Counted from the first letter of the stretch, positions 24,810 through 34,397 are shown. The stretch: 44,022 bases of DNA from Chloroflexota bacterium (GCA_050942695.1 JBMNNU010000001.1:1-44022); one strand, 5' to 3'. A program made the numbers and translations. The notes: generated by a model from the sequence alone, not told the origin.

Positions 24810-25571
24810 ATGGCCGAGAGAGCGCTGGTTGGTATCCAGGTAACGGAGGGGCTGGCTACCTTACGGTTGCAATCCCCTGAGAAGAGGAATGCCTTGAGCC
24901 CGGAGCTGATAGCAGCCTTTCGAGGCGCTCTCCGCCAGATAAAAAACGATTCGAGGGTCCGTGCAGTCGTCATCGCTGGCACCGCCGGTGGGGCTTTCTG
25001 CGCCGGTGCGGACCTACGAGCCGTCCTGAGCCTGGAGAACGACCAGATCACTTCCTACTTCGAGGAGATGGCTACCCTAATTTGGGAAGTGATAGACTGC
25101 CACCTGCCGACGGTAGCTGCTGTTGGAGGCCCGGCCATGGGCGGAGGGGCCGACATCGCAGTTGCCTGCGACCTCCGCGTAGCTGCTCCCAAAGCCATCT
25201 TCGCCTTTCCAGGTCTATCCTTTGGCCTGGTTCTCGGTACCCAGCAGTTAGCGCGATTGATCGGCCCCTCCAGAGCGAAGCAGATGGCCTTCCTTGGGAA
25301 AAGGGTCGACGCTCAGGAGGCGCTGAACATGGGATTGGTGGACCTCATTGCCGACGATCCTGAGTTAGCGGCTCTGGACCTCGCCCGCGAGATGGCGCAG
25401 CGCCCTCCTCACGCACTGGCGATGGCTAAGACGCTTCTTAAACCCGCCGCCAATCCGGAGGAGGTCATCGGACCGGTTCGCGCCTCAGTGCGGCATCCGG
25501 AATTCCTGGACCAGCTCCGCGCTTACGCATCCGCCCGCTTGAAGCCTGCATCTACACACCAGAACCGTTAA
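24810..25571 (+). CDS. Enoyl-CoA hydratase/isomerase (crotonase) family protein
   Basis: LATLRLQSPEKRNALS, VVIAGTAGGAFCAGADL, GGPAMGGGADIAVACDLRVA. ATG at 24810 follows GGCGGAGG. Confidence 0.88.
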   Translation: MAERALVGIQVTEGLATLRLQSPEKRNALSPELIAAFRGALRQIKNDSRVRAVVIAGTAGGAFCAGADLRAVLSLENDQITSYFEEMATLIWEVIDCHLPTVAAVGGPAMGGGADIAVACDLRVAAPKAIFAFPGLSFGLVLGTQQLARLIGPSRAKQMAFLGKRVDAQEALNMGLVDLIADDPELAALDLAREMAQRPPHALAMAKTLLKPAANPEEVIGPVRASVRHPEFLDQLRAYASARLKPASTHQNR

Positions 25572-25612
25572 CAAATCCAGTAAAGTAGAGCCATGTTTTG
25601 GTCGATTACGAG

Positions 25613-27466
25613 TTACTTCTTTTCGACCTTATCGCCGTCGCGGAGCTCGTTCTGGCCAGCCACAACAACCTCTTCGCCTGCCACTACCCCGCTTACCAAC
25701 TCCACGCTCCCGTTCTGCGAAAGCCCTAGCTCCACTTCCCTCATCTCCACTACATCACCATTCACAACATACACAACCGAACGCCCATCCCTCACTAATA
25801 CCGCTTCCTTAGGTACCAACAGCGCTCTCTCCTTCTCACCTGTCACTATCTTCACCTGCGCAAACATTCCAGGCCTAAGCTTACCTCCATCTATCTCCGG
25901 CCTCACCTTCACCTGAAATGTCCGCGTCCTCGCATCCGCTGTCGGTGATACCTTCGCTACCTTCGCTAATATCTGCTCCCCCGGATACGCCGCCGTCTCT
26001 ATCTCAGCCCTCTGACCTTCCTCTATCTGCCCTATCTGGCTCTCCTCTACTCCAAGGGCTATCTCTACCCCTTCGCTCACTATCGTCACTATCGGAGTCG
26101 CCGGACTCACCAACGCCCCTATCTCCCCATGCTTCTCCGCAACCACTCCGTCTATCGGACTCCTTACTTCACTCTCCTTAAGCGCTAGCTCCGCCAACTC
26201 CAGCGCAGCCCTCGCCTGCTCTACCGATGCCCTACCCTGCGCCAAATCCTCATCCAAATACGGCTTCACTGCCATCTGGTACGCTTGGCTCGCCTGCGCT
26301 ACCGCTGCCTCCGCCTGACGCTTCTCCTCTTCTGTCGCACCTTCCTCAAGAGCCTTCAGCCGAGCCTCCGCTCCCACCAACACCGCCTCCGCTGTCTTCA
26401 CCGCCGACTCCGCCTGCTGAATATCCTCCTCTGTTGCCCCTCGCTGCAACTGCTCCAGCCTCGCCTTCGAACTCTCATAGTTAGCCAACGCGGTGTACAA
26501 CGCTGTCTCCGCCGCCTGCAACTCGTGAGGATACGGCCTACCCTTCAGATAGTTCAGCCTCGCCACCGCACTGTCCAACGCCGTCTGCGCCGCCTGCCTC
26601 CCAGTCTCTGCCTGGCTCGCACTCGTCGCTCCACTCATCCTCTTCTCTGCGTCAGTGCTCTCACCCTTCCAAATCTGTACCTGGTCGTTCGCTGCATCAA
26701 GCGCCGCCCTCGCCTGCTCTACCGCCTGCTGCGCCGCCCACAGCTCATGGTCCTTAGGCCCTGCCTTTAGATCATCTAGGTTCGCCTGCGCTGCCTTGAT
26801 CGCAAGCTCACTCTGGTCCACCGCTGCCTTCGCCGCTGCTAGCTCCGCCTGCGTTGCCCCTTTCTTCACACGCTCATACGCAGCCTGCGCGTTCGCTAAC
26901 CCTGCTCTAGCCTGCTCTACCGCACTCTGTGCCGCCGCTAGATCACTCTCCCTAGCCCCCTTCACCACCGCATCTCGCCTGGCTTGCGCCTGCTCCAACG
27001 CCGCTGCAGCCTGCCCTACCTGCTCCGACCTCGGCCCCCTCTCCATGCTCGCATACCGAGCCTCCGCTGCCGCTAACGCCGCTCTCGCCTGCGCTACCTG
27101 CGCCTGCAGACTCTCGGCATCCAGCTTCGCAAGCACATCTCCCTTCTTTACTCGACTCCCTACCTCTACTAGTATCTCCTCTATCCGACCACTACCCTTC
27201 GGCACCACAGCTACCTGAGTGACTGCCTTCACATCCCCACTGTAGCTAAGGTGACTCGCTATCGACCCCTCCGCCACAGGCGCTACCTTGATCGCTATCG
27301 CAGTTGCCCCCTGAGGAGTAGCTTCCCCGGGGTTTTCATCTTTCGACATTGCGGCGATGCTCAGCGGCACTGCTAACAGTAGCAGCGCCACCACCGCCAA
27401 CGCTGCCAACACTGACACCCTTCTCCCCATTGCCTGTTTTCCTATATTCAACAGTTGCGATCTCAC
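25613..27466 (-). CDS. Efflux periplasmic adaptor (HlyD/membrane-fusion protein) with a greatly extended Ala-rich coiled coil, 617 aa
   Basis: N-terminal membrane anchor, lipoyl-like half KKGDVLAKLD ... SPIDGVV, and about 330 aa of repeating G-x-x-x-E...AA.AAV.QA.AAL modules. The C-terminal beta-barrel region reads VRDGRSVVYVVNGDVVEMREVELG. GTG at 27466; ATG at 27430 is the alternative. Confidence 0.85.
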   Translation of the reverse strand: MRSQLLNIGKQAMGRRVSVLAALAVVALLLLAVPLSIAAMSKDENPGEATPQGATAIAIKVAPVAEGSIASHLSYSGDVKAVTQVAVVPKGSGRIEEILVEVGSRVKKGDVLAKLDAESLQAQVAQARAALAAAEARYASMERGPRSEQVGQAAAALEQAQARRDAVVKGARESDLAAAQSAVEQARAGLANAQAAYERVKKGATQAELAAAKAAVDQSELAIKAAQANLDDLKAGPKDHELWAAQQAVEQARAALDAANDQVQIWKGESTDAEKRMSGATSASQAETGRQAAQTALDSAVARLNYLKGRPYPHELQAAETALYTALANYESSKARLEQLQRGATEEDIQQAESAVKTAEAVLVGAEARLKALEEGATEEEKRQAEAAVAQASQAYQMAVKPYLDEDLAQGRASVEQARAALELAELALKESEVRSPIDGVVAEKHGEIGALVSPATPIVTIVSEGVEIALGVEESQIGQIEEGQRAEIETAAYPGEQILAKVAKVSPTADARTRTFQVKVRPEIDGGKLRPGMFAQVKIVTGEKERALLVPKEAVLVRDGRSVVYVVNGDVVEMREVELGLSQNGSVELVSGVVAGEEVVVAGQNELRDGDKVEKK

Positions 27467-27501
27467 GTCTCGTAACCTCCAGCCGCTATGTGAGATAGTT
27501 T

Positions 27502-30500
27502 CTATATTCTTGCTTCCTCACCTACTTTTACCCCAGTAGGCTCTACAGTCTTCGGCGTGCGCCGAAGACGCCGCCGGATCCATCCTCCGGTATCGTCTAT
27601 CAGCGAGTAGGCAACCGGCACCACTATCAGCGTCAGGATAGTGGATGTGATCACACCACCCACTACGGTCACGCCCATCGGTTGACGCAGCTCCGACCCC
27701 GCTCCAAATCCCACGGCTACGGGCATCATGCCGAAGATCATTGCAAATGTAGTCATCAGGATGGGTCGCAACCGTATCGGCCCTGCCTGCAGGATCGCAT
27801 CACGGGTGCTCATACCCCGCCTTTTTAGCTGGTTTATGAACTCGACCAGCAGGATGGAGTTCTTTGTCACGAGCCCCATCAGCAACAGCATCCCGATCAT
27901 CGCCATTGCGTCGAGGCTAATCCTACTTATCAGCAGCGCAAGCAGCGCCCCGATGATCGAGAATGGCAGCGCAAGCATGATGGTGAAGGGGTGCACAAGG
28001 CTCCCGAACTGAGAGGCCAGGATCATGTACATGAACAGCACCGATAGCACCAGGGCCAATGACAGAGAGCCGAAAGCCTCATCCATGTACTCAGTATCGC
28101 CACCGATCTTGACCATTACCCCCTCAGGCAACTGCATCGCGGCCACGGCCTCCTGGGCTTCCGCCAAGATCGGGCCGATGTCGTTACCCTGGTAGTTGGC
28201 CCCCACGATCACCTGCCGCATCCGGTTCTCCCGCTCGATCTGATGGGGCTCCGATGAGGGCGCCAGGCTGGCGACCGCCGAAAGAGGCATCAAGCTGCCC
28301 CTAGTGGAAGCAATGGGCAGCTTAAGGATGTTCTCTGCATGGTAGCGGTCCTCTTCGGCCAGCCGGACCATAATGTCCATGTCCTCTTCTTCTGCCATAT
28401 AGCTACCGGCCTGCTCACCGTTGACCAGTGTTCTTATGGTGGTGCCCACCTGCGCCGTGGACACTCCCAGGTCGGTCGCTCGGGCGCGGTTGAGAACGAT
28501 GATGCGGCCCGGCCGGCCGGGCCGGATGGAGCGATCGATATCCACGACACCCGACACCTTCGACAGGCGCTCCATCACTTCGATCGATACCTTGTCCAGT
28601 TGGTCGATGTCGTTGCCCTGCACCTTAAACTGGATTGGTTGGCTCATCAGAGCGGTCATGGCCGAACCAAGAGCACCCGCCGCCGCGGTCTCCTTGTTGA
28701 AGGTAACCTTGGTGCCGATCAGTTTGCCGTTCAACGCATCTCGCACTTTAGTAATCATCTGGTCGGTATGTCCCCGAGACTTGAGGATGACGCCCACCGA
28801 GGCGGAGTTGACCGCCTGTCCCGAAGAGCCAACAGTGGTGAAAATGTGGCTCACCATCGGATCGTTCCTCAGCAGCTCCTCCACCGTCCGAGCTACCTCG
28901 TCGGACTCCTCGAGCCGAGCCCCCGGTCTAAGCTCCATCATTACGGAAAACTCGCCCTGGTCTACCGCCTGCATGAATGCCTGATTCATCAGTGGGACCA
29001 TGGCCAGGCTGCCCAGCAAGGACAGGACACCCACCCCCACCACCACCTTCCTGTGGCTGAGAGACCAGCTTAGGAATCCACGGTAGATGGTGTAGATGGT
29101 GCCGAGTGTAGAGTGCTGAGTGCTGAGTCCTGCATCCTGTTTTGAGTGCTGTTCTGAGTGCTGGGTTCTGGGTTCTGGGTTCTGGGTATCTCCCCTCTCC
29201 CTGTGGGGGAGGGGTAGGGGGTGGGGTCCGTCTCCGCGTCTCCGTGTCTCCGCGCCTCCTGTTGCCTGTTGCCTACTACCCACTGCCTTCTTCTTGAATA
29301 AGTAGGCGGACAGCATCGGGGCGAGGGTGAAGGCCTCCACCAACGAGATCAACACTGCCGTAGCTATGGTGACGCCGAAATCTCGGAGGTAGACCCCCAT
29401 CATCCCGCCGGTGAAGGCGATAGGCAGGAAGACGGCTACGATAGTGGATGTGACCGCTAGTACTGCCAGCGCTATCTCCGCCGTCCCCCTTCCGGCCGCT
29501 ACTTTGGGCTCCTCCCCCCGCTCCATGTGTCGGAATATGTTCTCCCGGACCACGATGGCGTCGTCGATCAGCATGCCGATAGACATGGAGAGGGCCATCA
29601 TGGAGATCATGTTGAGCGAGATCCCCAGGGCGTGTAGCACAGCGAAGGTGCCCAGCACCACCACCGGCAGCCCTGCGATGGTAACCAAGGTGTTGCGCAG
29701 GTCGCGGAAGAACAGCAGCACCACGAGTGCCGCCAGGAGGCCGCCTAGCAGCAAAGCGGTCTGGACGTCACGTAACGCATCTCGGGTGAAGGTCGAACCG
29801 TCGTAGACGAAGCCAAAATTCAGATCAGGATACTCGCCCTGCAGCTTCGCCATCTCGGCTTTGGCAGATTCGGCCACCTTCACGGTGTTGGAGCCCGATT
29901 GCTTGTATAGCACTGCCACTACACTATCCTGGCCGTCCAAACGGGTAAGATGACGCACATCGGCGTGGCCTTTGGAAATAGAGGCTAACTCCTTCAGCTT
30001 GACCGTGCTCCCCTGTAGGGTGGGCACCGGGATTTCTCCAAGCTCTTCCAGAGACGTTACCTGGCCGGCTGTTCTCAGAAGCTCCTCGTTGCCGGCCTCG
30101 TAAATCCGGCCGGCTGGCAGGTCCAGGTTCTCGCCCCGAATCGCCTGAATCACCTGTTGTGGAGACACAGTGAACGCTTGAAGCTGAGCCAGAGACAGCT
30201 CGACGTGGACCTCCTTCACCAGTCCACCGTAGATCTCCACGAGGGCTATTCCATCCAGCCGTTCCATCCTCGTCTTGACCACGTCGTCTGCCAGGGTACG
30301 CAACTGCTCCCCATTCAAGCGGCCTGTCTTGTCAGATATGGCGAAAACACCGATGGGAAGGGCTGTCATGTCCATCTTCCCGATGACCGGCTCCTGGATG
30401 TCGGCTGGCAGGCTGTTGCGGATCAGGCCTATCCGGTCCCGAACATCGTCGGCCGCCGCATCGCCATCCATGTCCATGTCAAATTCCACAATCACCGTGG

Positions 30501-30855
30501 ATACACTGTCTGATGAGGTGGATCGGATCTTTTCCACCCCGTTCAGCGAGGCCATGGCATCCTCGATCGGCTTGGTCACCGACCGTTCGATCGTCTTGGG
30601 GTCCGCGCCCGGATACACCGTGCTCACCGCCACGATGGGCAAGGTAGTATCAGGCATCAGGTCTACGGCCATTCGACTGTATGACAGCCAACCAACCAAT
30701 ATGACAGCCGCCACCATCATCATTATGAAGACAGGCTGGCGGATGGAGAGGTCAGAAAGCCACATCTTCTGTGGGCCTTTGCTTAGGTTATCGTGAAGAT
30801 GGTCCAGGGCGGAGACGTCGTCGATTCCGTCGTTCCCCGGATCATTATCAGCCAT
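27502..30855 (-). CDS. RND-family efflux transporter permease (AcrB/AcrD/AcrF-like) carrying an in-frame repeat-derived insertion in the central loop
   Basis: LSIRQPVFIMMMVAAVIL.., 12-TM architecture with two large loops, 1117 aa. Strong RBS AAGGAGG before the ATG at 30855. Confidence 0.92.
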   Translation of the reverse strand: MADNDPGNDGIDDVSALDHLHDNLSKGPQKMWLSDLSIRQPVFIMMMVAAVILVGWLSYSRMAVDLMPDTTLPIVAVSTVYPGADPKTIERSVTKPIEDAMASLNGVEKIRSTSSDSVSTVIVEFDMDMDGDAAADDVRDRIGLIRNSLPADIQEPVIGKMDMTALPIGVFAISDKTGRLNGEQLRTLADDVVKTRMERLDGIALVEIYGGLVKEVHVELSLAQLQAFTVSPQQVIQAIRGENLDLPAGRIYEAGNEELLRTAGQVTSLEELGEIPVPTLQGSTVKLKELASISKGHADVRHLTRLDGQDSVVAVLYKQSGSNTVKVAESAKAEMAKLQGEYPDLNFGFVYDGSTFTRDALRDVQTALLLGGLLAALVVLLFFRDLRNTLVTIAGLPVVVLGTFAVLHALGISLNMISMMALSMSIGMLIDDAIVVRENIFRHMERGEEPKVAAGRGTAEIALAVLAVTSTIVAVFLPIAFTGGMMGVYLRDFGVTIATAVLISLVEAFTLAPMLSAYLFKKKAVGSRQQATGGAETRRRGDGPHPLPLPHRERGDTQNPEPRTQHSEQHSKQDAGLSTQHSTLGTIYTIYRGFLSWSLSHRKVVVGVGVLSLLGSLAMVPLMNQAFMQAVDQGEFSVMMELRPGARLEESDEVARTVEELLRNDPMVSHIFTTVGSSGQAVNSASVGVILKSRGHTDQMITKVRDALNGKLIGTKVTFNKETAAAGALGSAMTALMSQPIQFKVQGNDIDQLDKVSIEVMERLSKVSGVVDIDRSIRPGRPGRIIVLNRARATDLGVSTAQVGTTIRTLVNGEQAGSYMAEEEDMDIMVRLAEEDRYHAENILKLPIASTRGSLMPLSAVASLAPSSEPHQIERENRMRQVIVGANYQGNDIGPILAEAQEAVAAMQLPEGVMVKIGGDTEYMDEAFGSLSLALVLSVLFMYMILASQFGSLVHPFTIMLALPFSIIGALLALLISRISLDAMAMIGMLLLMGLVTKNSILLVEFINQLKRRGMSTRDAILQAGPIRLRPILMTTFAMIFGMMPVAVGFGAGSELRQPMGVTVVGGVITSTILTLIVVPVAYSLIDDTGGWIRRRLRRTPKTVEPTGVKVGEEARI
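29104..29273 (-). repeat. Composite repeat inside the RND gene: 12 heptamer-phase units, 42-nt GC-hairpin core, GTCTCCN heptamers, (TGTTGCC)x2
   Basis: 29104-29187 reads in 7-nt phase (gagtgct x2, tctgggt x3, etc). Core 29188-29229 matches the reverse complement of recF 4171-4212 at 41/42. 29230-29259 continues the match. tgttgcc x2 lies at 29260-29273. Confidence 0.85.
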
Positions 30856-30901
30856 CTTCGGTACCTCCTTCGTGTCGGATCGCGGACTGAGAACGTGGGC
30901 C

Positions 30902-30931
30902 CTTCTAGTTCACCCAATCAGAAGAGTCTAA
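30902..30931 (-). promoter_or_regulatory. Possible promoter of the RND-adaptor operon: TTAGAC, 18-nt spacer, TAGAAG
   Basis: Minus-strand hexamers at 30931-30926 and 30907-30902, 47 nt before the start codon. This is a hexamer match only. Confidence 0.3.
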
Positions 30932-30952
30932 CCGACCAAGTAGTTGGTTGTC

Positions 30953-30970
30953 ATGTATCTTGGGATACAT
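30953..30970. promoter_or_regulatory. 18-bp palindrome ATGTATC-TTGG-GATACAT, candidate operator upstream of the RND operon
   Basis: Perfect 7-bp arms with a 4-nt centre, about 100 nt upstream of the RND start. A 9-mer direct repeat gttgattca x2 follows at 30975-30992. Confidence 0.4.
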
Positions 30971-31000
30971 TGAGGTTGATTCAGTTGATTCAAAAGAGGA

Positions 31001-31132
31001 TCAGGCTCCTATCAGGCCCAACTCCAGGGCCTTTGCGATAGCCTGAGAGCGGCTCTGCACTTCAAGCTTACTGTAGATGTTGTGTGTATGGCGCTTGACA
31101 GCTCCAATGGCGATAATCTGTGCGTAACCAGT
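31001..31132 (-). pseudogene. Remnant of a LuxR/GerE-type HTH regulator (C-terminal ~43 codons only)
   Basis: Minus-strand translation between the TAG at 31133-31135 and the TGA at 31001-31003 gives TGYAQIIAIGAVKRHTHNIYSKLEVQSRSQAIAKALELGLIGA. This matches the recognition-helix end of GerE domains. It has no usable start codon and no N-terminal part. Confidence 0.55.
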
Positions 31133-31232
31133 CTACATTGGGTTGAACCAACCGGGCAATAGGCAGACTGGTACTAAAGAAGTAAAGACGATATCATCGC
31201 CACCAACCATAATGACACCAGGAGAAGATACC

Positions 31233-31934
31233 ATGCCCCCCTTAATCAGGTTGGAAGGTGCGGAGAAGGTTTACGGAAACGACGTTAAGACCGTAGCGCT
31301 GAAACCCACCGATCTGACCATCGACCGAGGAGAGTTGGTGGTCATCCTGGGTCCGAGCGGGTCGGGCAAGTCGACGCTGCTCAACCTGATCGGTGGATTG
31401 GACCAGCCCTCCGCCGGGCGAGTTCTCGCAAACGGATACGATCTCGGCATCCTCACTCCAGACCAATTGGCCGACTACCGGCGACACATGGTCGGCTTTG
31501 TTTTCCAGTTTTACAACCTGATCCCCAGCCTGACCGTTTACGAGAACGTCCGCTTCGCGGCAGAGATGACCCGGCAAGAGGAGCGCATCGAAGAGGTGTT
31601 GAAGGCCGTTGGTATAGCCAATAGGGCAGAACACTTCCCAGCTCAGCTTTCGGGGGGCGAGCAGCAACGGGTAGCCATCGCTAGGGCGCTGGTGAAAGAC
31701 CCACCGTTGCTACTCTGCGACGAACCTACGGGGGCCCTGGATTTCGAGACCGGCAAGGAGGTGCTCGGCCTCCTGGAAAAGCTGGTCCAGGACGGGCAGC
31801 GGTCGGTCCTGATTGTCACCCACAACAGCGCCCTGGCCGCGATGGCTACCCGGCAGATCCGGCTCAAGGATGGTCGGGTAGTGGCCGACGAGTTACAGCC
31901 CAATCCTCGCCGAGCTGCCGAATTAGTCTGGTAG
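31233..31934 (+). CDS. ABC transporter ATP-binding protein (MacB/LolD/FtsE-like)
   Basis: IRLEGAEKVYGN, Walker A GPSGSGKSTLLN, FVFQFYNLIPSLTV, signature LSGGEQQRVAIARAL, Walker B LLLCDEPTGALD. ATG at 31233 follows AGGAGAAG. Confidence 0.9.
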   Translation: MPPLIRLEGAEKVYGNDVKTVALKPTDLTIDRGELVVILGPSGSGKSTLLNLIGGLDQPSAGRVLANGYDLGILTPDQLADYRRHMVGFVFQFYNLIPSLTVYENVRFAAEMTRQEERIEEVLKAVGIANRAEHFPAQLSGGEQQRVAIARALVKDPPLLLCDEPTGALDFETGKEVLGLLEKLVQDGQRSVLIVTHNSALAAMATRQIRLKDGRVVADELQPNPRRAAELVW

Positions 31935-31943
31935 GGAGGGGCG

Positions 31944-34397
31944 ATGTTACGCAAGAAATTGCTACGTGACCTGTGGCGGCAACGATGGCAGGTTTCAGCG
32001 GTCATTTTCATCATCTTTCTGGGTACGGCGCTCTTCATCTCCTCCTATCTGGCCTATCAGAATCTCCGCGACAGCTATCGCGACGTTCAGGTCCGCACGA
32101 AACTGGCCGACGTAACTGTGGAAGTGACGAAGGTATCGGATAACCAGGCTCGCCAGGTCAGAAGATTGCCGGGAGTTGAAGCTGCTGAGGTGCAGTTGAT
32201 CGTCGACCTACCGGGGATCGTCCCCAAGGGGAGGGATCGAGAGGGCAACGCGTGCGAGGTGAAACCGGTGATCCGCCTCATCAGCATACCTCTCCGCGAA
32301 CAACCGCCGATAAATCAGATAATAATGGTCGACGGCCGCTACCCGAGACGTCAAGGAGAGGTGATTGTTGAGCACCATTTCGCCGACTACCACCACATCC
32401 GCTCAGGTGACGAAGTTCAGGTCGAGACCCCGGCGGGCAAGGAAACGCTCAAGATCGTGGGCGTGGGCGTTAACGCCGAATATCTCTGGGTTGCCCGCAG
32501 CCGCCAGGATGTTATGCCTTCGTCGTCTGAGTTTGGAGTGCTCTTCGTCCCTCGCCAGACACTCGCCGATCTAGGTCGCGCCGCACTCCAGGCTTTTCAA
32601 GAGAGCCCCAGTGATCTGGCGGAAGCGCAGCTTTATACCCTGCAGTTGGCGTCGGATGCCGATATGAGTAACAGGCTGATCTACAACCTAAAGCCTGGGG
32701 CCGACGCCGAGCAGATAGAGCGCAGGGTGGAGGGGTTATTGGGCAAGCAGAATGTGGTGACCACCACCCCCAGGGAACAACTGGTGGGCATCGAGTTGCT
32801 GCAGATGGACGTGGACGGATTCCAGGAGATGGCCGTGGCTTTCCCCTTTTTCTTCTTAACGGTGGCAGGCTTCATCGTCGCAGCGCTCATGAACCGGCAG
32901 GTGGACCAGGAGCGACCGATTATCGGCACGATGCTAGCTCTGGGGCTGAGTCGCCAGGCAGTGATGAAGCATTACATCAGTTACGGCCTGCTTATCGGTT
33001 TTCTCGGTGCGGCACTGGGAAGCGTAGCGGGTATCCTGATGGGTAACGAAATGACTGTGGCATATGCCGCAGAGCTGTACATACCGTTCGTGACAACACA
33101 TGTGGATTACGCCGTCGTTGCCTCGGGCTTCCTGACCGGCCTGCTCGTCCCCCTGGCAGCAGCTTTTCTTCCCGCGAGGCGCGCTGCCGGGCTCGAGCCC
33201 GCCCAAGCGATGAGAGTCTTTCTTCCCCAGCGTGTCCCCAGCCTGCAGCTTGGTAGCGGTTGGACTCGAGAGCTACCCCTGTGGCTGCGGCTGCCGCTTC
33301 GAGATATCGGGCGGCACCCCCTTCGCTCTCTAGGCACTGCTGCAGGAGTAGCCGCCGCCGTGATGTTGATCGTAACCACGGCTGGGTTGTTCGATTCCGT
33401 CGAACGAGGCCTTGCTCTCGCCTTCGACGAATCCCAGCTCTACGACCTGAGAGCCGATTTCTACACGCTTCGCTCGGCGAAGCAGTTGAGCTACAGCGTC
33501 CAGCGGTTGCGCGGGGTCCGGGAGGTCGAAACCATCCTCTCCCTGCCGGTACAGGTAACAAACCCGCAAACCGGCCGCTCCTACGACACAGTTCTCCAGG
33601 GATTGCCCAGCCCAAGCCGGCTCCTGAAGATCCTGGATTCCAGTGGTGTACCGCTACAGCCTAGCCATGGCCGCGTGCTCCTCGCCCGGTCCGTAGCCAA
33701 TGAACTCGGCGTGAAGGAGGGGGATAGGGTAAAGGTGAAGCAGTTGCCCAGGGGTTCGGATACCACGGTGACCATCGGCGCCCTGAGCGACGCCCTGATG
33801 GGTAACTCCATCGTCTTCACTGCGGAGGAGGCGGCAGAGGCCTTTGGAATGGCGGGCAAAGCTACCACAGTTCTCTTAACCGTGGACCCCGAGCGAGCAA
33901 AGGATGTGCGCTCCGACCTGGAAGATCTGGAGGGAGTGGCCCAGGTCACCGACCTGCGAATGATGAAAAGGCAGATCGAAGATCTCATGGGGCTAGGCTA
34001 TCTCTTTTTCGGATTAATGTTTGTTTTCGGCGTCGTGCTGGCCTCTGCCATACTGTTCAACACGGCTACGCTCAGCGTCCTGGAGAGGCAGCGAGAGCTG
34101 GCCACCATGCGAGCACTCGGTGTTCCGATGAGCGGTATAGCCCGACTGATAACGGTTGAAAACGGCCTGATTGCTCTGGTGGGATTGGGGATCGGTTTGC
34201 CTCTATCCGTGGCAAGCTTGTGGGGGTTACTGCTGCTGTTCTCCAGCGACCTCTTCAGCATGCCTTTCTGGCTACAGCCCCGCACCGTCATCGCATCCGT
34301 CTTCGGGGTCTCGGTGGTATTGCTCGTTGCGCAATGGCCGGCCTTGCGGCAGGTCGCGCAGCTCAACGTCGCCGAAGCCTCGAAGATGAGGGAGTGA
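31944..34397 (+). CDS. ABC transporter permease with two FtsX-like domains (MacB-type), 817 aa
   Basis: MLRKKLLRDLWRQRWQVSAVIFIIFLG..., two TM bundles each preceded by a large extracytoplasmic domain. It starts 9 nt after the ATPase stop. Confidence 0.85.
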   Translation: MLRKKLLRDLWRQRWQVSAVIFIIFLGTALFISSYLAYQNLRDSYRDVQVRTKLADVTVEVTKVSDNQARQVRRLPGVEAAEVQLIVDLPGIVPKGRDREGNACEVKPVIRLISIPLREQPPINQIIMVDGRYPRRQGEVIVEHHFADYHHIRSGDEVQVETPAGKETLKIVGVGVNAEYLWVARSRQDVMPSSSEFGVLFVPRQTLADLGRAALQAFQESPSDLAEAQLYTLQLASDADMSNRLIYNLKPGADAEQIERRVEGLLGKQNVVTTTPREQLVGIELLQMDVDGFQEMAVAFPFFFLTVAGFIVAALMNRQVDQERPIIGTMLALGLSRQAVMKHYISYGLLIGFLGAALGSVAGILMGNEMTVAYAAELYIPFVTTHVDYAVVASGFLTGLLVPLAAAFLPARRAAGLEPAQAMRVFLPQRVPSLQLGSGWTRELPLWLRLPLRDIGRHPLRSLGTAAGVAAAVMLIVTTAGLFDSVERGLALAFDESQLYDLRADFYTLRSAKQLSYSVQRLRGVREVETILSLPVQVTNPQTGRSYDTVLQGLPSPSRLLKILDSSGVPLQPSHGRVLLARSVANELGVKEGDRVKVKQLPRGSDTTVTIGALSDALMGNSIVFTAEEAAEAFGMAGKATTVLLTVDPERAKDVRSDLEDLEGVAQVTDLRMMKRQIEDLMGLGYLFFGLMFVFGVVLASAILFNTATLSVLERQRELATMRALGVPMSGIARLITVENGLIALVGLGIGLPLSVASLWGLLLLFSSDLFSMPFWLQPRTVIASVFGVSVVLLVAQWPALRQVAQLNVAEASKMRE

